The notes under the pieces are model-generated. The model saw only the letters and a program-made list of their open reading frames with translations. It was not told the DNA's origin and searched no databases. From NCBI GenBank assembly GCA_015654855.1, contig JAATGA010000295.1, positions 1 through 44,127 of the forward strand: a DNA stretch of 44,127 nt. Direction: 5' to 3'. This DNA comes from Rhodobacterales bacterium. GTDB lineage: Bacteria; Pseudomonadota; Alphaproteobacteria; Rhodobacterales; Rhodobacteraceae. Below, in pieces: positions 37,060-44,127 of the stretch. A program made the translations under genes and the position numbers. Position 1 is the stretch's first letter; each line of letters begins with the position of its first letter.

Positions 37060-37997
37060 GCGAGCTCGACCTCCTTTCCGTCGGCTCGTGGACGATCTTC
37101 GATTATATTCTGCGCGCCTCGCATTACCCCGACGAGGGTGAGACCGTGCCGCTCGATATGCCGTCAAAGCTGATCCACACGAAATTCTTCGGGGATTGCT
37201 CGGCCAATCTGGGGGCTGCCGCGGCCTCGCTTGGCGTCAAGGTCGGGCTTGGCATGGTGGTGGGCGACGACTTCAACACCTCGGGCTATCGTGCGCATCT
37301 TCTGGAACTTGGCGTTGACCTTTCCGGGGTGGATGTCCGCGCGGGCGAGGATTCGGGCTACAGCTACAACGTTTCGGATCCGAAAGGCCGCAGCGTCTGC
37401 TATTCGCACCTGGGCATCGCCGCCGACCAGTCGTCCTGGGAGCCGCCGATCACCCAGATCGAACGCGCCCGGGCCGTCGCGGTCAGCGAGAAATTCTGCG
37501 GCTATACGCTTGAAACGCTGCGCCACGCGCGCCGCCGCGGCAAACTGACGGCAATTAACGGCATGGTCGGCACCGCGAACGAGCTTGCGCCGGACTTTCT
37601 GGCCGCCGCCGACATGCTTTTCATCAGCGAAAGCGAGGCCCAGGCCCTGATGCGCCTGCTGGACATGCGTTCGCTTGGTGAATTGCAGGCTGCCGGGCCG
37701 CAGACCATCGTTATGACGCAAGGCGCGCGCGGCAGCCGCTGGCTGACCCCGGAAGGGGAGTTCTTCTGCAATGCGGTGCCCGCCTCGGTGGTCTGCGACA
37801 GCACCGGCGCGGGGGATTCCTTTGCCGGAGCGGCCATCGCGATGATACTGAAGGGTCACAAGTTGCGGGACGCCGCCGAATATGCCGCCACCATGGCCAG
37901 TTTCGTGGTCGAGAAATGGGGCTGCCAGACAAATCTGGTCGGACTGGAACGCATCGAGACCCGGCGCCGGATCTTCTTCGAATACGAGGACAAGTGA
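37056..37997 (+). CDS. PfkB-family carbohydrate kinase
   Basis: MSELDLLSVGSWTIFDYIL... with the C-terminal DSTGAGDSFAGA motif. ATGA overlap with the permease stop. Confidence 0.85.
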   Translation: MSELDLLSVGSWTIFDYILRASHYPDEGETVPLDMPSKLIHTKFFGDCSANLGAAAASLGVKVGLGMVVGDDFNTSGYRAHLLELGVDLSGVDVRAGEDSGYSYNVSDPKGRSVCYSHLGIAADQSSWEPPITQIERARAVAVSEKFCGYTLETLRHARRRGKLTAINGMVGTANELAPDFLAAADMLFISESEAQALMRLLDMRSLGELQAAGPQTIVMTQGARGSRWLTPEGEFFCNAVPASVVCDSTGAGDSFAGAAIAMILKGHKLRDAAEYAATMASFVVEKWGCQTNLVGLERIETRRRIFFEYEDK

Positions 37998-38821
37998 TGC
38001 GGATTATCGACACACATATCCACTATGGGACCGATCGCAATGTGGCGGCCCATACCTGCTGCCCCAGGCTGATCGCAGGCGATCCCGACAGCGTGATCGA
38101 CTTTCTCGACGAACAGGGGGCTTCGCATGGGGTGCTTTTCCCCCATGACCGCGTGATGAGTCCGCCCTGGGATGCCGATTACGACAAGGCCAACATGCAG
38201 GTGGGCGAGGCGGCCCTGCGCCATCCCGGCCGGATCGCCGGACTTGCGCGCATCAACCCCGCATTCGGCGCCGGACATACCCGCGACCTGATCGACAAAT
38301 ATGTCGGCGAATGGGGGTGCCGGGGCCTGAAGCTGGTGGCGGGCTACGATTTCTACCGCCCGAACGATCTGCGCGTCACCGCGCCCATGTGGGAAAAATG
38401 CGAGGAACACGGGCTGACGGTGCTCTTCCATTCGGGCGATGCGCCGCGCGATCTGCCATATTTGCAGGCGCAGGCCGCCAAGGCCTTTCCGGGGGTAAAA
38501 TTCGTGCTTGCCCATATCGGTATGCATTCCTTCCTGTGGGAAGCGATCCTTGCCTGCCAGGAATATCCGAACATCACCGTCGACATGTCGCAGGCGGCCG
38601 CTTTCGACATCAAGACCTTCATCGCCAATGTCGGCGCGGACCGTCTGACCTACGGATCGGACGCGCCCTATGTCAGTCCGCGTGTCGAGCAGGAAAAGCT
38701 GCGCGTGATCGACCTTTCACCCGAGGATCGGGAAAAGGTGTTCTGGAAGAACGCCGCCCGCATCTGGGGCTTTGACGAAACCATCGCGGCCGGTGCTGCG
38801 GCAGAAGGAACGAACCAATGA
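37997..38821 (+). CDS. amidohydrolase family protein (Amidohydro_2 TIM-barrel metal hydrolase/decarboxylase type)
   Basis: MRIIDTHIHYG (HxH metal motif), later HSGD and AHIG. TGATG overlap with the kinase stop. Confidence 0.85.
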   Translation: MRIIDTHIHYGTDRNVAAHTCCPRLIAGDPDSVIDFLDEQGASHGVLFPHDRVMSPPWDADYDKANMQVGEAALRHPGRIAGLARINPAFGAGHTRDLIDKYVGEWGCRGLKLVAGYDFYRPNDLRVTAPMWEKCEEHGLTVLFHSGDAPRDLPYLQAQAAKAFPGVKFVLAHIGMHSFLWEAILACQEYPNITVDMSQAAAFDIKTFIANVGADRLTYGSDAPYVSPRVEQEKLRVIDLSPEDREKVFWKNAARIWGFDETIAAGAAAEGTNQ

Positions 38822-39633
38822 CCAACCGCCTTTCGCAGCTTTTCCCGGTCAGAAAGCCGATCATCGGCATGGTCCATGCGCTGGCGACCCCCGGCGCCCC
38901 CATGGCCGGATATGACAGCGTGGATGCCGTCTACGATCACGGCCTCGCCGAGGCCCGGCGCCTGAAGGATGGCGGGATCGACGGCATCCTGATCGAAAAC
39001 GCGGGCGATGTTCCCTTTTTGCGCCCCGAGCAGATCGGCTTTGAAACGGTCACGGTGATGGCCGTTCTCGGACGGATGATCGTGCAGGAAACCGGGTTGC
39101 CGGTGGGTTTCAACATCGTGGCGAACGCCGCGCTTGCGTCGCTGGCCTGCGCCAGGGCTTCGGGCGCCAGCTTCGTGCGCGTGAACCAGTGGGCGAATGC
39201 CTATGTGGCGAATGAAGGCCTGATGAACGGCGTGGCTGCGGATGCCCTGCGCTATCGCGCCAGGATCGGCGGCACTGACATTGCCGTTCTGGCCGATGTG
39301 CATGTCAAACACGGCTCGCACGCGATCGTCGGCGACCGCCCGGTTGCCGAACAGGCACGCGATGTTTCGTTCTTTCAGGCGGACATCGCCATCGCGACCG
39401 GCCTGCGCACCGGTCACCCCGCCTCGCTTGAGGAAATCGAAGAGGTGAAATCGGGGGGCGGGCTGCCGACGATTGTCGGCTCCGGGCTCTCTGCCGACAA
39501 TGCGCGCGAGATCCTTTCCGCCGCGGATGGCGCGATCGTGGGCGTCAGTCTGAAACCCGGCGGCACGATGTGGGGTCCGACCGATCCCGACCGGGTGGCA
39601 CGTCTGATGGACGTGGTTGCGGGGCTGCGCTGA
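38818..39633 (+). CDS. BtpA/SgcQ-family TIM-barrel protein
   Basis: KPIIGMVHALATPGAP...GGIDGILIENAGDVPF...VRVNQ...ADVHVKHG...GSGL fits the BtpA family pattern. ATGA overlap with the preceding gene. Confidence 0.75.
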   Translation: MTNRLSQLFPVRKPIIGMVHALATPGAPMAGYDSVDAVYDHGLAEARRLKDGGIDGILIENAGDVPFLRPEQIGFETVTVMAVLGRMIVQETGLPVGFNIVANAALASLACARASGASFVRVNQWANAYVANEGLMNGVAADALRYRARIGGTDIAVLADVHVKHGSHAIVGDRPVAEQARDVSFFQADIAIATGLRTGHPASLEEIEEVKSGGGLPTIVGSGLSADNAREILSAADGAIVGVSLKPGGTMWGPTDPDRVARLMDVVAGLR

Positions 39634-39634
39634 A

Positions 39635-40693
39635 ATGGCCGATGTCGAAATCAGGAACGTCACCAAGCGATGGGGCGCGACGACAGGGATCGCCGACCTG
39701 TCGCTGAAGATTGACGAGGGGGAGTTCGTGGTACTGCTCGGCCCCTCGGGCTGCGGCAAGACCAGGACCATGCGCATGGTCGCCAGGCTGGAGTTTCCAA
39801 GCGAAGGCAGTATCAGCATCGGCGGGCGCGATGTCACCCTGTCCGAGCCGGGCGAGCGCGATGTGGCGATGGTGTTCCAGAGCTATGCGCTCTATCCGCA
39901 GATGACCGTCTACGAGAACATCCGCTTCCCTCTTCGCGCGCGCGGGGTGCGCAAGGCCGAGCAGAGCGAACTCGTTCGCCGTGCGGCCCGGATGGTGGAG
40001 CTCGACACCTATCTGGACCGCAAGCCCGCCGCGCTGTCTGGCGGGCAGCGCCAGAGGGTCGCACTGGCACGGGCAATCGTGCGCTCTCCCCAGGTTTTCC
40101 TGATGGATGAGCCGCTCTCGAACCTGGACGCGCGGCTGCGGGGCAATATGCGCGCCCAGATCAAGGCCTTGCATGAAAAGCTGGGCACCACCACGATCTA
40201 TGTGACGCATGATCAGCTTGAGGCTATGACGCTGGCCGATCGTGTGGTGGTGATGAACCGCGGCCGGATCGAACAGATCGGCACCCCGCGCGAGGTCTAT
40301 GATCGGCCCGCATCCGCCTTTGTCGCAGGCTTTATGGGTTCGCCGGCAATGAACCTGATCCGTGGGGAAATCCGCGCGCAACGCTTTGTGGCGCCTGGCG
40401 CGGACCTGCCGGTTCCGGGCTTCGACGATACGGCGCAGGTTCTTCTGGGGATTCGCCCGGAAGATCTGATCGCGCGGGAAGGCGGCGCGATCACCGGCGA
40501 GGCGATCAATGTCGAGATGGTGGGCGACGCGCTTTTCGTCACGCTTTCGGTCGGCGGGCAGAATGTGATCGCTCGTCTGAACCGCGATGCAGACCTCGCC
40601 CCGCACAGCAGACTGAGCCTTGCGCCAACGGGCGCCTTGCATGTTTTCGATGAAGCCAGCGGCCAGGTCATCGGTCGCGGTCAGGCCATATAA
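39635..40693 (+). CDS. ABC transporter ATP-binding protein (MalK/UgpC type, with C-terminal regulatory/TOBE-like domain)
   Basis: GPSGCGKTR, LSGGQRQRVALARA, FLMDEPLSNLD and YVTHDQ motifs. 352 aa. Confidence 0.9.
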   Translation: MADVEIRNVTKRWGATTGIADLSLKIDEGEFVVLLGPSGCGKTRTMRMVARLEFPSEGSISIGGRDVTLSEPGERDVAMVFQSYALYPQMTVYENIRFPLRARGVRKAEQSELVRRAARMVELDTYLDRKPAALSGGQRQRVALARAIVRSPQVFLMDEPLSNLDARLRGNMRAQIKALHEKLGTTTIYVTHDQLEAMTLADRVVVMNRGRIEQIGTPREVYDRPASAFVAGFMGSPAMNLIRGEIRAQRFVAPGADLPVPGFDDTAQVLLGIRPEDLIAREGGAITGEAINVEMVGDALFVTLSVGGQNVIARLNRDADLAPHSRLSLAPTGALHVFDEASGQVIGRGQAI

Positions 40694-40976
40694 GGGCGCT
40701 CGAAGGCGAAGACGCGCGGTCCGGGAGATCGTAAACGACCTGAGTTTTGCCGCGAGAGCCGATCCTGCCCGGTCCGGTATCGCGATCCCCCGGAGACGGG
40801 AACCCGTGGACCATCGCGATGGTTCGCGGCGTTGTCCCTCTGCCCATGCCCTGCCGGCGCATCCCTGACGATCGCATACGGACCTGTATCGCATACAGTG
40901 ATATATGGCTCAAACATATCAATATGCGCATTATTCTCTTATATTAACCACAAGATGGGCAAATTCATATATCTGA

Positions 40977-41013
40977 TACTAATCCTGATAAGATGCAGTT
41001 ATCAGGATTAGTA
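40977..41013. repeat. perfect 15-bp inverted repeat (TACTAATCCTGATAA - 7 nt - TTATCAGGATTAGTA) inside an AT-rich island
   Basis: Read directly from the sequence. It lies between convergent genes (stops at 40693 and 41228), in the only strongly AT-rich stretch apart from the region upstream of parA. Confidence 0.8.
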
Positions 41014-41227
41014 AGAAATACAGACCCTATACCAATCCTCCGCCGAAAAACTCGCCCGCAGCAGACGCTTTTCACCCCCAAAACCTCTTGGGAGAGCATC
41101 TCCCGCACCCGGCAGATACAAATCGAATGAAACAAGGACCCGCCCGCCCGGCCCGTGAGGTCGCCGGCGGTGTGTCTCCCGCACCCGCGACGCGGCCCGG
41201 GGAAGAGTCGCTCCCGATCCGCGCGCC

Positions 41228-42307
41228 TCAGCCCGGCCGGTCGAGCAACCGTTGCAGCTCTGCGATCAGCGTGTCGATCAGATCCCGGCCCACGGGGCGA
41301 TGCCCGCCGATGCGGATCATCCAGCCCCTGGCATCCTCTTGCGCCTGGAGGGTGAAGCCGCTCGACAGCGCGCGCTGCGGCCCCTCCGCCCGCTTCGGGC
41401 GACCGCCCTTGCGGGGATCCGGCGCCGGCGCCTCAAGACCCGCCAGCAGGCCGGCGATCAGCGCCGCCTCCTCCCCCGGCCCCTCCGGCGCAGCCTCGGC
41501 CAGCCCCTCGCGCAGGCCCGCCTCTGCCCCGTCGCGCAGGGCCTGGGCCAGGCGCAGCCCGTCCTTTTCACGGATCAGATCTGGGAATTTCAGCATATCC
41601 CCCAACTCTTCGAAGATCAGAGCGAAGGACCGGATCTTCTACCGTTTCGCCTTGGAGGCCACCGGGAACAGGGCGTCCACCGCCGCCTCGACGTTTGCGA
41701 AAGCCCCTTGCTGTGCCGCGATCACCGCGATCCGCCCGCGTTCGTAGTGGCTCAGCCCCGCGCGGATCTCGTTCTCCTCGACCATGGCGGCGAAGGAGCC
41801 TCCCATGGCCTCTGGTTCGCGCAGCACCGCCTTGATCCGCGCGTGCCGGTCCTCGCCGGTCAGGGCGTGCAGCGCCCGCACCGCCATCAGCCGGCGATAG
41901 CCCGACAGAAGCCCGTAGCGCGCCCCCTCCCCTGCCCGCTCGAACACCTCGACCGGCAGCCGCAACCCGTTGCGCGCGATCGAGGCCTTCAATTCCTCCA
42001 TCTCTTCGGCGTCGATCACCACCCGGTCGCGGACCAGGGCGTCAGCGTCGATCTCGGCGAGGTCGAGGTCCAGCATGACGAGGCCCCTGCCCTTCGCCGC
42101 CCGAAAGCTTTCGGCCTCGGCCCGGTCGCGCGCGGCCCCGGCGCGCACATCGGCGCTGCGCGGATCGAAGCCCGCCGCCGCCTCTGCCGCAACCTGGGCG
42201 ATGGGGACCGACGCGGCGCGCGGCAGCGCCGGGGCCTGGCCGAATTCGGCCTCCATCCGTTGCAGATCCTCGGTCGAGGGGATTTCCAGATTGCGCCGTT
42301 TCGCCAT
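41228..42307 (-). pseudogene. parB: ParB/RepB-type partition protein interrupted by one in-frame TAG at 41639-41641
   Basis: Track ORFs 41639-42307 (ParB N-terminal/HTH part: LPVEVFERAGEGARYGLLSGYRRLMA, EENEIRAGLSHYERG) and 41228-41605 are in the same frame. My own translation across the junction gives ...FPVASKAKR*KIRSFALIFEELGDMLKFPDLIREKDGLRLAQAL..., with no other stop and high GC3 on both sides. The total of 347 codons is a typical ParB length. Confidence 0.8.
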
Positions 42308-42311
42308 TGTC

Positions 42312-43724
42312 TCAGCCCTCCGCTGTGCCGTCTTTCGCCGCCTTCGCCAGTTGCTGGTCGCGCCACCAGGTGCCGAGGATCACCTCTTTCACCTCAGCCC
42401 AGGTGCGGTCGAAGGTCTCGCGTCCGCGCACATAGGTGTCGCGGTTGAAATCGCGGTAATCGGTCTCGTAGATGCCCGAAACCATCTCGCCCGCCTGGCC
42501 GACCATCACCGTCATCTCCTGGCGGTAGGTGGTCATGAAATCGCCGAAATAGGCCTGGATCACATTGCCCAGATCGGCCTGCTGGCCGGGGTCGAACCGG
42601 GTGACGAGCGCCCGCACCGCATCCCATTCGAACCGCATTTCCGGCAGACCATCAGCGCGGCGGACCCGGTTTTCGCCCTCTTCAATCGAGGCGAAGGTCG
42701 AATAGATCATGTCGAAGAACCGGCCCGTCGAGTCGAATTCCAGAAAGGACGCCCCCAGTGGCACCAGCAGAATATCGGCGGCGGCCAGGGCGTTGATCGT
42801 CAGATAGCCAAGCGCCGGCGGCGTATCGAGCAGGATGATGTCGTAGTCGTTCATCAGCCCCCCCTCGTCCAGCGCATGGGTCAGCGCGTCCCACAAGGCC
42901 CAGCTTCTGAGCTGCATCCGCCAGACCGGCACCTGAAACTCGGCCCAATAGAGGTTCAGTTGCGCCCCGATCAGGTCGATGTTCGGCCAATGGGTCTTTT
43001 GCACCAGGTTTCGCGGCGAAACCTTCAACGCTTCGGCCAGGGTTTCGTCGAAGGGGAAAGGCGCCTGCCCCGCCGCCTCTCTCACACGGTTTTCTTCCTG
43101 AAGCTTTAACGCATAGTCCCGCGCCAGCAGCGGAAAGACCGTCTGCCATTCATCCTCGACCTTGCCGCCCATGATCGAGGTCATCGAACCCTGGGAATCA
43201 AGGTCGATCACCAGCACGCGATACCCGTCGAGCGCCGCCGACATCGCCAGATGCGCCGCGGTCGAGGTCTTGCCGACCCCGCCCTTGAAATTCGCGACCG
43301 CGACCACCTTGGCCGGCAGCCCTTCGGGCCGCCAGGCCCGGTATTCGCGGCCCTTCGCACCCTCGCTGGCGAAATGGTCGCGAAGCGCGAGCACCTCTTC
43401 CAGCGTGAACCATTTGGAGCCCGCCTCCCCCTCCCCCTGCGGCAGGTCGGGGTTCAGGCGCAGGACACGGCGTAGATGCGCGGGGTTCACGGGGATCAGA
43501 TATTTGCAGATCTCCCATGTGGAGAATTTGCGCAGACGCTTTTTGCCATCGGGCGCATAACCCCGGCGGGCCAGATCGTCGCGCCCCCGCGCCGCGAAGG
43601 CGGCGGCCTTGGCAAAACGCGCGGTGTCGATCGGCGCGGACAGCTTGCCAGCCGCCTGCGCCGGGTCGATATTGAAATAAGGGGGCAGGTCGGCCTTGCC
43701 AGGGAAGCCCGGTTTCTGTGCCAT
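42312..43724 (-). CDS. parA: ParA/RepA-type partition ATPase with N-terminal HTH extension
   Basis: Deviant Walker A VANFKGGVGKTSTAAHLA, VIDLDSQGS and IILLDTPPALGY. The ~130-aa N-terminal extension (KFSTWEICKYL...) resembles plasmid RepA-type ParA. It ends 4 nt before parB. Confidence 0.9.
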   Translation of the reverse strand: MAQKPGFPGKADLPPYFNIDPAQAAGKLSAPIDTARFAKAAAFAARGRDDLARRGYAPDGKKRLRKFSTWEICKYLIPVNPAHLRRVLRLNPDLPQGEGEAGSKWFTLEEVLALRDHFASEGAKGREYRAWRPEGLPAKVVAVANFKGGVGKTSTAAHLAMSAALDGYRVLVIDLDSQGSMTSIMGGKVEDEWQTVFPLLARDYALKLQEENRVREAAGQAPFPFDETLAEALKVSPRNLVQKTHWPNIDLIGAQLNLYWAEFQVPVWRMQLRSWALWDALTHALDEGGLMNDYDIILLDTPPALGYLTINALAAADILLVPLGASFLEFDSTGRFFDMIYSTFASIEEGENRVRRADGLPEMRFEWDAVRALVTRFDPGQQADLGNVIQAYFGDFMTTYRQEMTVMVGQAGEMVSGIYETDYRDFNRDTYVRGRETFDRTWAEVKEVILGTWWRDQQLAKAAKDGTAEG

Positions 43725-43920
43725 GGTTCTGCTACATGTCCGCTGTTCGGGGTGATGTTCGCGATACTATGGCACATGCCGGGGCGGATGTGAATCAGGG
43801 TGGCCCTCTGCCTTGAAACAAGATCGGAAAACCTTCCGCAAGGCATGTTGTTTAGGATTTTTATGGATATTTGGAATCTTTGCCTTCGGATTTTTATTTT
43901 GTATCAGTATGTTACTAGCC

Positions 43921-44010
43921 GAAAGGCACCTGCGGACAGGTCGAAAGGTGCCCGATTCCGGGATGAAGGGTCGCCGATTCCGGTGGATGAGGCACCGATT
44001 CGCGGGAAAG
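43921..44010. repeat. four imperfect tandem ~22-bp direct repeats (iteron-like)
   Basis: Units start at 43921, 43943, 43965 and 43989: GAAAGGCACCtgcggacaggtc / GAAAGGTGCCCGATTCCGGgat / GAAGGGTCGCCGATTCCGGtggat / GAGGCACCGATTCGCGGgaaag. An inverted partial copy CCGGAAT lies at 44012-44018. The repeats follow an AT-rich tract (43850-43915) carrying GGATTTTTA twice. Confidence 0.55.
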
Positions 44011-44127
44011 CCCGGAATTTTCAATGGACTCGAGTCGCTTGCGAGGTCAGGTCCGGCAGCCGGGGCAGGCGCGTCCCGGAAACGGATACCTTTCCCAAGG
44101 CGTCCCCGACCTCAGGCACCCGTCCAC

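Noticed and set aside
41228-41596. An independent 122-125-aa hypothetical gene (or a small repC substitute) downstream of parB.
   Set aside because: It is in the same frame as parB, with only a TAG between them and no intervening stop. The junction reads through smoothly, so it is better explained as the ParB C-terminus. It is far too small to be RepC.
11505-41641. Global reassignment of TAG (for example pyrrolysine or a phage-style TAG-to-Gln code) as the explanation for the three internal ambers.
   Set aside because: TAG clearly terminates at least three other genes in the same window (14898-14900, 29111-29113 and 32625-32627). No pyl genes, suppressor tRNA or phage genes are present here. 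Only partial suppression or true nonsense mutations remain plausible.
43767-44024. The 85-aa minus-strand ORF covering the AT-rich and iteron region.
   Set aside because: It has atypical composition and low GC3, no RBS, and it overlaps repeats that look like origin DNA.
1-44127. A search for CRISPR arrays, tRNA or rRNA genes, IS elements, transposases, integrases and known defence genes.
   Set aside because: I recognised no regularly spaced repeats, no tRNA-like T-loop/acceptor structures, and no DDE, tyrosine or serine recombinase motifs in any credible ORF.

Overview
This is a high-GC stretch that looks like part of an alphaproteobacterial (Rhodobacteraceae-type) plasmid or chromid. That placement is inferred from composition, codon bias and gene content, not from any search. 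About 45 genes sit in alternating strand blocks. From left to right: (1) A minus-strand export operon: small Cys-rich lipoprotein, HlyD-like adaptor, TolC-like outer-membrane factor and a MacB/LolD-like ABC ATPase that runs off the left edge. A LuxR-type regulator lies next to it. (2) A short accessory patch with a lipoprotein, a CxxC zinc-ribbon ORF and a degenerate Lon-type AAA+ ATPase. (3) A plus-strand sugar-type ABC importer with a VOC protein, a 2-hydroxyacid dehydrogenase, an LsrK-like FGGY kinase, a class II aldolase-domain protein and a SorC/LsrR-like regulator. (4) A xanthine-dehydrogenase-family molybdenum hydroxylase operon (FAD, 2Fe-2S and Mo subunits plus XdhC) with a divergent AraC regulator. 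(5) A roughly 9 kb, 10-gene minus-strand operon encoding a split urea-carboxylase-like biotin enzyme (BCCP, biotin carboxylase, AHS1/PxpB-like, AHS2/PxpC-like). It also carries two divergent LamB/YcsF (PxpA) paralogues, an embedded sugar-type ABC importer and an NTF2-like protein. A divergent LysR regulator controls it. (6) A GlxA/AraC regulator next to a CUT1-type ABC importer operon carrying a PfkB kinase, an Amidohydrolase_2 protein and a BtpA/SgcQ protein. (7) A parA-parB partition module flanked by an AT-rich island with a 15-bp inverted repeat and by ~22-bp iteron-like repeats at the right edge. I saw no rRNA, tRNA, CRISPR array, transposase or integrase. The most unusual observation is that three otherwise intact conserved genes (the 2-hydroxyacid dehydrogenase, a CUT1 permease and parB) are each interrupted by exactly one in-frame TAG, with family-typical coding sequence continuing straight after it. 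TAG also terminates other genes here normally. I did not find a convincing new multi-gene system such as a defence island. The best candidates for novelty are listed as findings with modest scores.
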